Source: Eledone cirrhosa
Lineage: Eukaryota
Length of the DNA stretch: 64,000 bases
Assembly: GCA_964016885.1 (NCBI GenBank)
Contig: OZ024743.1
Coordinates: 38,564,001-38,628,000 of the forward strand
Reading direction: 5' to 3'
The notes under the pieces were generated by a model. It worked only from the letters and a program-made list of their open reading frames with translations. It did not search any database and had not been told where the DNA came from. Position 1 is the first letter of the stretch, and each line of letters starts with the position of its first letter. Positions 52,497 through 64,000 of the stretch are shown here, piece by piece. The translations under genes were made by a program, and so were the position numbers.

Positions 52497-52603
52497 AAGA
52501 AGAAGAAGAAGAAGAAGAAGAAGAAGAAGAAGAAGAAGAAGAAGAAGAAGAAGAAGAAGAAGAAGAAGAAGAAGAAGAAGAAGAAGAAGAAGAAGAAGAA
52601 GAA
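52497..52603 (+). repeat. (AAG)n microsatellite
   Basis: Pure AAG run of about 35 units. Confidence 0.95.
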
Positions 52604-53239
52604 GAGAAAAAAACGCTTTTAGTTACATATTTGAATCATTCTTGCATACACAAACTCACGAACAGTCAAATTTTCTTGAATAGCATTTTTACATATTTAG
52701 GAGTTTTACTATATAGTATCCGGAAACAGAGTGACGCACACTGTCGTGCAGTTGTTCAGCCGTTGGCACTTAAAAATTATTCAGAACATATACACCATAT
52801 ATCTTATCCACATTTGTTACAGTATTCGTAGCACTGTTGCCTTTTTCGAAGTCTTAAATATGTCTTATGTGCACTTCTATCACTTCCACTTTCATTTTGG
52901 TAAATCTTGTGTACACATGCTGGAGCATGTTTTAGCAAGTTCAGTGTAAAAAAGGCCATTACTTATGGAATAACCTGATATATCTAGACATTTAATTGCA
53001 ATTTAATTTAAGAACCTTTTAACTTATGTTCGAAATACCAATTTAATTATGTCAAAGTTAGCTACATTATTAAATCGATAGTGAGATCTGTTTTCTTTTT
53101 CAATTAAATGAGAATGCAGGGTTGTTCAATTCTTTGAAGACACGTATTATATTAGCTCTATCGTTATTCTAAATTGTTCTGATTATTATTTATTATCAGA
53201 TAAATGATTTTATACATAAAGCTAGCTCAGCAAATCAAA

Positions 53240-54140
53240 AGGCACGCTGTAGTCGTTGCCTTAATTAAGAGTATGTTTGATTCTTGAGACTTGCACATCC
53301 AGCAATGTGCTGAGAGCCACTGACGTTGGTTCAGTAGTATAAAATGTAGCCTCCAGCTAAGTGTATAGCAATAAAATACACATACATGAAGGGCGGGGGG
53401 GGGGGCATACAAGTATCGATAGAAACACTGGAAGGGTAATTAGTGCCATAGTTAATGTTCTCAGTGTTACAAAGCACACCATCGGAGGAATTGTTCAAGA
53501 GGACATTCAATACAGGTCATATGTACAGCAACTAGGCCAATTCATGCCTGCAGCATGTCACTGCCTTATCCACACAATGCACCTGTTAAACGATTTGAAA
53601 TGTCTAGAATGCTTTGCTTTTCACTGACGAGAGAAGGAATGAGAGAAGGTTATTTAGAAGGTTATTCAGAAAACTTAAAGGCGTTCTAAAGGGCTTGTGC
53701 AGAACGTATGCGCTAAGTTTGAATGAGGGAGATATTTTATCTCTTCATTTCTTTCCCCAGGGTTAAGGACCTTATAATGATGTTGACTATAAGGAGGTGT
53801 TGGAGAAGATTGTGCGCCCTTGGATAGAAATCGCAAGGAAATAAAGAACGTATTCCTATCAACAAGACTGTAAACCATCTCATGTGTCCAAGCCGACTCA
53901 AGAATTGACGAGTTCCAATCTACACCGACACGTCACTGCAAATAGTTTGGATCCTAGCTCACCAGACTTGAATCTCTAGCACTACCAGTTATGGGACGTA
54001 GCCTAGAGGGTGGTCAGTCAACCACGACTTAACAGTATTATATCTCTAATGTCTGCCATTAGTCGTACACTATCCAAACGATCATTTGAGTCGGACATGT
54101 CAAGGTTTCAGACCTCGTATTGAATATATCTCCGATGCTA
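53240..54140 (+). mobile_element. Highly degraded Tc1/mariner-superfamily transposase remnant
   Basis: About 53945-54000 reads PSSPDLNL*HYQLWDV (SPDLNP motif); upstream traces such as YVFLS and FSLTR; boundaries uncertain. Confidence 0.55.
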
Positions 54141-54896
54141 ATTTTTTTTCATGACAGATTTCTGTTTAAATGTCCATGCACATATCATCAAACAATTAAG
54201 CAACCGTGTGTATTTCATTGGCAAAATGATAGCGAATGAGTTAAGCATTGTAAATCGTCTTGCTGTGAGGTCTGAAAAGACGTAAAATGTAATTTTACAT
54301 GGCAATGGTACTGCAGAGTGGAATTGTTAATTCGCTAAAGTAACATGGAACAAACGACAGCAATTATTTCTCAGAATCTACTCAATATTCACGTTATTAC
54401 AAACGGATAATTATAGTGTCATGTTGCTAATTATTGTTAACAACAGCATGTAGAATAGTTATGTTTAAGCATTGTCAGGTGTGGTGTACGTTTGTTAGAG
54501 TGGATGGCGGAATGCCTGCCTGTCATACATGTATGTTTATATAAACATGCCTATTTCTATAAACAAGTGTACACGTTAATTATTGGGCGGTTGGCCAAAT
54601 AACAACAGAACAAGCGGCTTCTTCAGTCTTTCATATTACTTTAATGTACTAAGCAGAAGTGTAAACACTAACATTATTTGTAGTATTAAGAGCATAGAAA
54701 ACTACTTTGAAAAATGGAATAATTGTCTCGCTACACTTAACTACGTAACACGTCATCCCATCTCTCTTTATATATACTAGCAGAAAACCTTCGCTGGGCG
54801 GTTTTCTGCTAGCATATACAGTGAGCGTCTTTGTTTTATACGCAAAGATATATGCTTATATATATGATATGTAAAATGAAATGTAAATTGACAATA

Positions 54897-55415
54897 TCTT
54901 CTTCTTCCCTCACTTATTTCTGAGAAGGTCGTGGGAGCAGAGTCCTACTCAAACACTCTTTCCAGTTAGTCTGTCCGTAGCAAACATCTCTAACTGATCC
55001 AGTTAGATCCTAAAGCGTGACCAGCCAAGCTCATGGAGGTTATCGGAGCTGTGATCTCTCAATCCGGAGAAATAGCGGTTCTACCAGGAGTGACTCTCTG
55101 ATCTCTGAGTTATGCCCTTTATCGAGTAACGTTACTCCAAAGTCTCTTCTGAGGAACCCCATTTCTGCCGTTTGTATTTGAAATTGTATTCCCTCGGTAT
55201 TTACCCAAGATTCATGACCCTCAGTAAAGGTTGACAAACATCCCAGATAGACAGCGAGTTTGGTTTTTACACCTACCTCTTTTTCTTCTGATTACTGAAT
55301 GCTGAAGCTGGCGCATTACTGCATCAGCTATTTCAATTCTTGCACTTAATTCAGCCTCCTGCCTTCCATCACTCACGATACTTTAACTTCTCCAGCTGCT
55401 TCAGTGGAACTCCAT
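54897..55415 (-). mobile_element. RTE (BovB/Expander-like) LINE 3' fragment
   Basis: GHESWV..IQTAEMGFLRR..GVTLLD..NSEIRESL.VEPL.LRIERSQLR; short GAA-type tail. Confidence 0.78.
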
Positions 55416-55542
55416 TCACATGTATATACATTTGAGCGACTTCTGCCCATCCGTCCGTCCGTCACAAAGTATGTGTGTGTGTGTTTGTGTGAATGTATGT
55501 GTGTATATCTCTAACTTAAAAACGGTGACACATACACACACA

Positions 55543-55617
<75 letters not shown>

Positions 55618-55717
55618 CACACATATATATGACACACACACATTATATATATATAACACGTCTCTAATTTAAGAATGCCGACAAAGTCACGTGCGCGCAC
55701 ATGCACACACTATTCTA

Positions 55718-56450
55718 TTAATACTGAAGAGCTTGGGCCCAGGGAGACATCCCCTCAATTTTGAAACCGTCCGGGTTGTCCAGAATTGATGGGAAAAAAC
55801 CTAACGGTCTTACGCTTTCCTCCTGATCAAGAGGCAGATGCCTTGTATGGGACATCATAGTTAGAGACTCTTTTGCTTCTTCCCACATCCTGGATGCAGC
55901 AGTAAGGACGAGAGCCACAGCATCCGCAACTGAAGAGAAAGAAATCCTAAAATACCGTGTTCCGTTGGCTAACTACATTTTGCAGCCTGTGGGGTTCGAG
56001 ACGTTTGGAGAAGTCGGGCTACTGACTGCGAGATTCTTATCTTCACTGGCGGCTCGCCTAAGAGAGGTAATTGGTGCAGCTCGTCAAGGCGCTTGGTTGT
56101 ACCTCTGCCACGCCTTCACCTGAGGTAACGCTGCGAGGGTACTGTCTTGCCTTAAAAAATATTAGAGAGGTTTCCCAACGCTCCCGGCGATATTGTTATC
56201 TTTTGCTCCGGTAGTATCTTGTTTGTCCACCCCTTTCGCCTGCCTTTTGTTGTATGTGGTCCTAGATGTAATGTATCACCTGCTTGTGTGTTGCATATGT
56301 TCCTATATGTATGTATTACCTGCTTGTGTGTTGTATGTGGTCCTAGATGTATGTATTAACTATTTGTGTGTTGATGTGGTCCTAGATGTGTATATTACCT
56401 GCTTGTGTGTTATATGTTGCCCTAGATTTGTGGATTACCTGCTTGTAACG
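55718..56450 (+). mobile_element. CRE-like RLE non-LTR retrotransposon 3' fragment with a tandemly repetitive 3'UTR
   Basis: IPSILKPSGLSRIDGKKPNGLTL..RGRCLVWD..KY..PVGFETFG..GNAA; ~35-bp repeats TGTGGTCCTAGATGT..TACCTGCTTGTG at about 56250-56450. Confidence 0.7.
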
Positions 56451-56578
56451 TATGTATATGCACATACGCACACCTGTACACCTACGCACACATATACACA
56501 TACGCACATACATGCACGTCGGTGCATTGAACAACGTCCTAATCACTTCATTTCTCTCTCTCGCTCGCTTTCTGTATA

Positions 56579-56738
<160 letters not shown>

Positions 56739-56951
56739 CCTGTTATTTCTTTCGTTACTTTGGTATTGTGTGGTTGGGTTTTGCCTACAGTAAAGTTCAC
56801 ATATTTAAGCTATGTAAACGTATGTTATTACACTGAGGACCTACCCTTATTGAGTGTTCTGCTAACTCATCCCATTGTAGGTCGACTTTGCTTGTCCACA
56901 CCCAACGCTTCGATTTTACTAAGCTTCTACTTGCGTATATATATATATATA

Positions 56952-59900
56952 TGGTATAAACGTTTGAATATGTGTAATAAGGCCAAGACAATGCAGGTAT
57001 GGACATAGAAAAAAGAATGCAATAGTGAAAGATATTGATGAGAATTCGTCTTTCACCTTGAATTTATTTAAATGTCCTTAATTTTCGAGATAATATCTCT
57101 TCTTCGGAGGGAAGTAAAGGTCTCAAACCAGCGTCTTTAAATCTCTAGCCAAGCCATGTTGACCGGAAATAGTATAGAGTATCTGTTCTAACTCTAATAT
57201 CAAAGAATTAAAATTAGGTGGATAAAGAGTAGTCTCCCTTTAAGAGGGGTTTGTTTAGGGTTTTTTTTTTTTTATTTTTATTTTATATACGTGCCTGTAT
57301 ATGTGTGTGGGAGAATGCATGAGGGTGTAGGTATGTGGGTGTGTGTGTGTGAGTGTGGGAAGATAGGTCTAATCGTAAAAGTGGGGGGTAGGTGTTATCT
57401 GGTGTTAGAACTGGTTTTGTGTGTGTATGTGTGAGAGAGAATAAGTGGAGGTGTAAGCATGTGTGTGTGCGCGTGCGTGTGTGTGGGGTGTGTAAAAATG
57501 GGGCTAGAGGCCCTATCAGGTTATAAATTGGGTGTTGAGCTCTAGTCTATTATTGATTGGTGGATGTGTTCTCTCTATAATAAGTGCTTCCTTAATTCTA
57601 AGATTGCCGAGGTTTCTTTCCTTAGTTTCTATCCTAACTGTTATGTTTTTATCGGTGTTTTTGCATTTAACTAGGTGTTTCTTAAATGAGGAAGCGTTAG
57701 TATTGAGGTGTTCTTTTATTCTTATGTGGAGTGGTCTGGTGGTGCTACCTACGTAGAAGTTGTTGCATTTGTCACACTCTAGTCTGTATATTGGCAGTAT
57801 CGGTAGAGGGTCGGACGCCATGCTTTCCAGCATAGTTACGTCCCTTTACGATCCGAGTTCAAATCCCGCCGAGGTTAACTTTGCCTTTCATCCTTACGGG
57901 GTCGATATAATAAAGTACCAGTAATGCACTGGGTAATTGCTGGCCTTGTGCCTAAAGTAGAAACAATACTATGTAAGCCTGGTGGCATAGGTCTGTGTCG
58001 TTGATGGGGCAGTTGGCTAGTCTGCAGCAGTTGTCATGTCTGGTGGAGTGTCTCTTGGCCAGCCGTCCGCGCAGAGAAGGACCCGAGTGGGCCAATTGGA
58101 TATACAGTCCCTCTCGTCTGATGGCTCTGCGGATGGCTGTTGTTGTTTCTTCACTGAAGTGTGGGAGCTTCAGGAAGCAAGTGTTAGTGCCTCGGGTGTG
58201 GTGTCCTCTGTTCCTTCTGGCACGGTTTGTGGTGGATGTCGTGTATCTGTTCAGTTTGAGTACTTCCAGGAAATGTGTGGTGTGTGTGTCTCGGTCTCTG
58301 GCGTCGGTGCATTTGTTCTTGATACGTGCCATTTCATTCTTTATGTATCCGAACTTGGCACCGAGTGGGAGGGCCGATCTGAAATGTACGAACAGGTCCC
58401 TGCTGGCTGCTTTTTTATAGAAGCAGGTGTGGATGTTGCCTTCCTCTGTTACCCTGAGTTGGAAGTCCAGTAGGGATAGGGATCCGCGGTCATCGGGGTG
58501 TTCCATGCTGAACTTTATACTGGCGTCCATGCTGGAGAATGTTGTGTATATTTTCTCTGCCTCCAAACGGGATGATGTAAGGATAAGTATGTCATCTACA
58601 TATCGGGTGAAGAAGGCATGGGAATGGCAGGTGTTGAGGGCTCGGCATTCTAGCTGGTTCATGTAGGTGATGGCCAGCAGGCCCGAAAGGCTGGATCCCA
58701 TGGGTAATCCTGTTGTCTGTCTGTATGTGTGGTGGTGGAAGGTGAAGTACGTGTTGTCTACTGTGAAGGACAAAAGCTGGTGTATGTCCGTCGGGTGGAG
58801 GCCGTAGCAGTGGATGTTCTCTGCGACCACGCAGTCCGTCAATAAATCGACAGCTGGGTGAGCGGGGACTGTAGTGTAAGGGGAGACAACGTCGAGGCTA
58901 AAAGCGTATTTATTTAGTTTAAGTTGTTCTGGCTGGAGTTGGTGTAGTCTACGTATAACTTCGTCGGAGCTACTGACATGCCCGGGGAAGGTGGAGAGTA
59001 GAGGCTTGAGGACCTGGGAGAGAAGCCAGGAAATTTTGTATAGGGGTCCTTCTATGCTAGAGACGATGGGTCATATTTGCGTCTTAGTGCTATTCTTGTG
59101 GGTCTTGATGAGGTGGTAGAAAGTGGGCAGTCTGCTATTTCTAGTGGTGTAGTTGAGCTTAATTTTATTCGTGAGCTGTCTTCTCCTACAGATATCGAAC
59201 CAAATGGAGTTGGTCTGTTTTTCGATTTGGGCTGCGGTCATGTCCGGGATCACTGTGTACAATTCACTGTCGCTTAGGTGTTCGAAGGCTACGTTATTGT
59301 ATGTGGCTTGAGAGATGACGCAGAACTCTTTACCTTTGTCGGATGGTAAGTAAATAAGTTCCTTATTCCGTAGGTTCTTCAGGGCGAGTTGTTGTGTCCT
59401 GGAGAGGTTAGGGTCCATCTTCTTCTGTTTCTGTAAGATGTTAAATACGGAATGCTTTAGTCTCGAGAGTTTTACTTCCAGCTCGCGGTTGGCGGGCGGT
59501 GGATAGAGTGGGCGATCTAGTTGGTATATCGGGAATCTGGGTGTGGTGGATTCCGTGGTGTTGATGTCGAGAGTCGATATCCATTTCAGTTGGTAGGCAG
59601 TCCGACAGAAATTCGTTTCTATGTCGAGCCATAGTCTGTCGTCCAGTCTCTGTTTCAATATGATCTTAGGACCCAGGCTTAGGAGGTCTAATTCCTCTCG
59701 GGAGAGGGATCCTGTCAAGTCTGTGACGAGGTGTTTTGCGTCAGGTGTGTTGTTGGTCGGGGTGCCGCTAGGTACGGTGTTGGTAACGTATCGTTCGCCT
59801 CTGTTGGTGTTTAGCGTTGGGATGTTGTTAAGACAGTTGGCCGTCCTGAGTTTGAGAAATGTTTGCGTTAGGCGTATTATCTCGTAGTCTCGGCGGTGGT

Positions 59901-60062
59901 GGTATGACCTGTCTATAGTGGCGGAGATGACCCTGGACAGAGGTTCTGGGGTTTCAGCGAGTTGTGGTACAAGGCTGGAAATAGTCCGTATGTGATGTTG
60001 TAGCCTGCGGTGTAGGTGTTGTATGAGTTTTCTTAGGCAGAATTTTTGTATATAACTGAGTG
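56952..60062 (-). mobile_element. Penelope-like element (family 2), left arm, 5'-truncated and interrupted by a SINE
   Basis: ORFs 59071-59718, 57952-58842 (GLPMGSSLS, RYVDD) and 57516-57833 (GIY-YIG); 3'UTR/pLTR at 56952-57515. Confidence 0.9.
57791..57965 (+). mobile_element. tRNA-derived SINE (family 1) inserted into the PLE endonuclease coding region
   Basis: Absent from the equivalent position of the inverted arm (about 60705); B box GAGTTCAAATCCC. Confidence 0.88.
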
Positions 60063-61585
60063 ACCCGATATGTAGATGACATACTCATCCTTACATCATC
60101 CCGTGGCGAGGCAGAGAAAATATACACAACATTCTCCAGCATGGACGCCAGTATAAAGTTCAGCATGGAAAACCCCGATGACCGCGGATCCCTATCGCTA
60201 CTGGACTTCCAACTCAGGGTAACAGAGGAAGGCAACATCCACACCTGCTTCTATAAAAAATCCGCCAGCAGGGACCTGTTCGTACATTTCAGATCGGCCC
60301 TCCCACTCGGTGCCAAGTTCGGATACATAAAGAATGAACTGGAACGTATCAAGAACAAATCCACCGACGCCAGAGACCGAGACACACACACCACACATTT
60401 CCTGGAAGTACTCAAACTGAACGGATACACGACATCCACCACAAACCGTGCCAGAAAGAACAGAGGACACCACACCCGAGGCACTAACACTTGCTTCCTG
60501 AAGCTCCCACACGTCAGTGAAGAAACAACAACAGCCATCCGCAGAGCCATCAGACGAGAGGGACTGTATATCCAACTGGCCCACTCGGGTCCTTCTCTGC
60601 GCGGACGGCTGGCCAAGAGACACTCCACCAGACATGACAACTGCTGCAGCCTAGCCAACTGCCCCATCAACGACACAGACCTATGCCACCAGGCTTACGT
60701 AGTATACAAACTACAGTGTGACAAATGCAACAACTTCTACGTAGGTAGCACCACCAGACCACTCCACATAAGAATAAAAGAACACCTCAATACTAACGCT
60801 TCCTCATTTAAGAAACACCTAGTTAAATGCAAAAACACCGATAAAAATATAACAGTTAGGATAGAAACTAAGGAAAGAAATCTCGGCAATCTTAGAATTA
60901 AGGAAGCACTTATTATAGATAGAACACATCCACCAATCAATAATAGACTAGAGCTCAACACCCAATTTATAACCTGATAGGGCCTCTAGCCCCATTTTTA
61001 CACACCCCACACACACGCACGCGCACACACACACGCTTACACCTCCACTTATTCTCTCTCACACATACACACACAAAACCAGTTCTAACACCAGATAACA
61101 CCTACCCCCCACTTTTACGATTAGACCTATCTTCCCACACTCACACACACACACCCACATACCTACACCTTCATGCATTCTCCCACACACATATACAGGC
61201 ACGTATATAAAATAAAATAAAAATAAAAAATAAAAAAACCCTAAACAAACCCCTCTTAAAGGGAGACTACTCTTTATCCACCTAATTTTAATTCTTTGAT
61301 ATTAGAGTTAGAACAGATACTCTATACTATTTCCGGTCAGCATGGCTTGGCTAGAGATTTAAAGACGCTGGTTTGAGACCTTTACTTCCCTCCGAAGAAG
61401 AGATATTATCTCGAAAATTAAGGACATTTAAATAAATTCAAGGTGAAAGACGAATTCTCATCAATATCTTTCACTATTGCATTCTTTTTTCTATGTCCAT
61501 AACTGCATTGTCTTGGCCTTATTACACATATTCAAACGTTTATACCTCATTACACAATGCTTCAAGTGAACTATAACCTCCTCCC
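60063..61585 (+). mobile_element. Penelope-like element (family 2), inverted right arm (RT motif C to 3' end)
   Basis: Open frame 60060-60977 RYVDD..VVYKLQCDKC..YVGSTTR..EALII..INNRLE; reverse complement of about 56952-58610. Confidence 0.9.
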
Positions 61586-61831
61586 ATACATATATATCCT
61601 AGAAACGATCGTTAAATAATGAACTTTTTTTGTTTAATATAAGGAACTGTTTCATTGTTTTATTCATTATTTTTTTAATATTTTATCTTGACTCTGTATT
61701 CCGTTTATCTTTCACCGAAAGTGATTTTTCATTGCATCTCTTCTTTCCATGATATCCGGATTACATTGAGTTCTTCATACGGATTGGACACTACCGTAAA
61801 CTCTTGGTAAATTTATCTACATATATATATA

Positions 61832-61908
<77 letters not shown>

Positions 61909-62099
61909 TTATCAGGTTTGTTTACAAACAGCGGAAGTTCTATTTCACTAACAAGTTATATATATATGTATATATATATATATAAATCACAAGAATATCT
62001 ATTTTGTTAATAGTTTGAATTAATATATATATATATATATACATACATATACATATATATATATATGTATACGTACATACATATATGTATATAGACGTA

Positions 62100-62502
62100 C
62101 AATAGTATGTATATATATGTATACATACATGCACACACATATATATATGCACGTATGGATTCACCGAACATTTATTATAATGCTCGGTGTGTTTGTAAAC
62201 AAATATCCCGAATTAAGCCGTACAGTGTCTCGCAACCATCGTTGCTCATTTGTTCAAAACTGACAAATGAACGCTGTACTAGTTTCAAGCTTATTAGCTA
62301 TCGTCAGCAACGTATACCTTCCTGCCAGATGATTGAACGTCTGAAAGTATATACTTTCCTTATGCATATTAACGGCTGAGCACCCTAATTTGCATATCGA
62401 GTGAGTTAATCGGCTGGGCGCTGCGAAAACCATAAACGGAAAAAAATCGTTTTCGGTGCGCCCGGCCGATTAACTCACTTGATATGCAAATTAGGCTGCT
62501 CA
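62100..62502 (-). mobile_element. Third copy of the 36.7-37.6 kb retrozyme-like family, with a short inverted arm (62447-62502)
   Basis: Reverse complement aligns to 36715-37100; contains a hammerhead. Confidence 0.75.
62271..62313 (-). ncRNA. Minimal type I hammerhead motif
   Basis: ACGTTG-CTGACGA-TAGCT AATA AGCTT-GAAA-CTAG-TA-CAGCGT. Confidence 0.75.
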
Positions 62503-63925
62503 TATATATATGAAGAAATAGTAGTGTTGAAAGTACGGCATATCCAACGAGCAATATTCCATATTTTCTTATGAAATCTGTGTTCACGTTTCTGAGCATC
62601 ATGCAGCAATTTTTAAGGAGATTCAGTGTGACCAGGTTGCCAATAAATTGTCTTGATTAAGTATAAAATGCACCATCAGCATTGGCCACTCTATCTTGTG
62701 ACAACTGTCTTTGTCGTTAACAAGCTGGGATTTGAAGTCCAGATGAACTAGATTTTTGCCAGCTGCTTTGAATGTATCAAGGTCAAAGAAAGTATCTTAT
62801 TTAATGACAAAATGCATCACAGGAATCATATTGTAGCCCATATGAACATGAAACAAGCAGCCTAGCAAATAACCCGCGTGCTTTCACCTATCGTAACCTG
62901 AGACCTCACTGTATATTACACACTTGTTCGCTAGTTTGCCATGCTCGATTTCTATATATTAACATTTAAGAGTAATCTTCAGGTACATGATAGCTTGCCT
63001 TAGATTATTCAACAGGACACATGCAACGCAATATAATTTCTAATGAAATAAAAATAGAAATATACCCACACTTACATCAATATATACATATCCTATTCTA
63101 AAAAACGCACCTAATATTCCAGCAAATATGACCTGTCATGTGAGCCACAACACTTGTCGAACATATCAAGTTGCCATCATCATGTTTACACCTATATATG
63201 GAAGTGAGATCTAGAGTAGCATGACAAATATCAACACAAAGCTGAAGATATTGCATCGATGATGCATTTAAAAGTTTATGATTATTAAGCGGAAAAATTG
63301 TATTACAAATGTACAGAGATTACAAATGAGAAGAGGAAAGTGAGACTCACTGAAAAATAAAGTTACGAAACGACGACTCTAACTTGTTGGATGCATTTTC
63401 CGTCTACACGATTAGCAGCACACACAAAAAATCAAGATAATTTGGATTCCACCCAGAGAGAAACGGAAAAGAGTCAGAACGAAAATCACCTAGCGGTGGA
63501 TATCCATACTCTTCTAAGTATGAAAGATTCCTCTCTATTCATTAATTTTCTCCTTTTATAACAATCTGGATGAGGAGTAATTGCTGGAAATCAGTACGGC
63601 ATTATTCAAATGTAATCCAGTCAATGAAATTAATAGGACCAGAAGAATGTGCTGCATTCATACCATAGCAAGAATGAAACATTTGCGCATGCGTGTTTTG
63701 GTGGGTGTGTATTGAAATATATTTTTGAGTTTCATTTTTCAGTGTATTTACATGGTAGAAATAATTTTAATTATACCTATATTAAAAAAATGTTGAAATT
63801 AAATAATATAATGGTAAATTTAAGTCTTAAAATAAATATACATGCATACATGTGAATATGAACATATGTGCGAATATATTTAGAGAATTTGCCTATGAGA
63901 AACATTAACTTTAATCTCGCCATCC

Positions 63926-63950
63926 ATCTCTCTTTCTCTTCCTCTCTCTC

Positions 63951-63996
<46 letters not shown>
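63926..63996 (+). repeat. (CT)n microsatellite
   Basis: Direct reading. Confidence 0.9.
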
Positions 63997-63999
<3 letters not shown>

Positions 64000-64000
64000 A

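Noticed and set aside
52383-52622. Poly-lysine ORF
   Set aside because: Produced by an (AAG)n microsatellite.
56250-56450. CRISPR-like ~35-bp repeats
   Set aside because: Degenerate tandem repeats without unique spacers, in a eukaryotic retrotransposon 3'UTR; no cas genes.
56833-56890. CTGAGGA followed by a GACCTAC/GTAGGTC stem
   Set aside because: The stem is followed by GACT rather than GAAA, and there is no stem I.
59069-59075. In-frame TGA in the PLE ORF as possible selenocysteine
   Set aside because: The homologous codon in the 30.2 kb copy is AGA (IRPIVS motif), so this is a nonsense mutation of Arg.
62590-62900. Possible second Tc1/mariner remnant on the minus strand
   Set aside because: Only vague motif traces; too degraded to support.

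Overview
This is repeat-dominated animal DNA, read by eye. It is AT-rich with many (TA)n/(CA)n microsatellites. The SINE families look cephalopod/Octopus-like, which is an inference. No host gene exon could be supported. At 1-16 kb there is a head-to-tail array of three Tx1-clade LINEs joined through (TTA)n tracts, with a Dong/R4-type fragment in one tract. From 16 to 64 kb there are degraded RTE, CR1/L2-like, Dong/R4, CRE-like and Tc1/mariner remnants, tRNA-derived SINEs, and at least three Penelope-like element (PLE) families with tandem/inverted insertion structures. Three observations stand out. (1) About ten type I hammerhead ribozyme motifs, several inside non-coding 440-470 bp tandem units that look like retrozymes and show covarying stems. 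(2) A GTAAGT splice donor overlapping the Tx1 ORF1 stop codon in two copies whose ORF1s are strongly diverged; splicing a 52-53 nt intron would fuse ORF1 in frame to ORF2 in both. (3) Adjacent Tx1 copies with near-identical ORF2 but different 5'UTR/ORF1 modules. Element boundaries and identity estimates are approximate.
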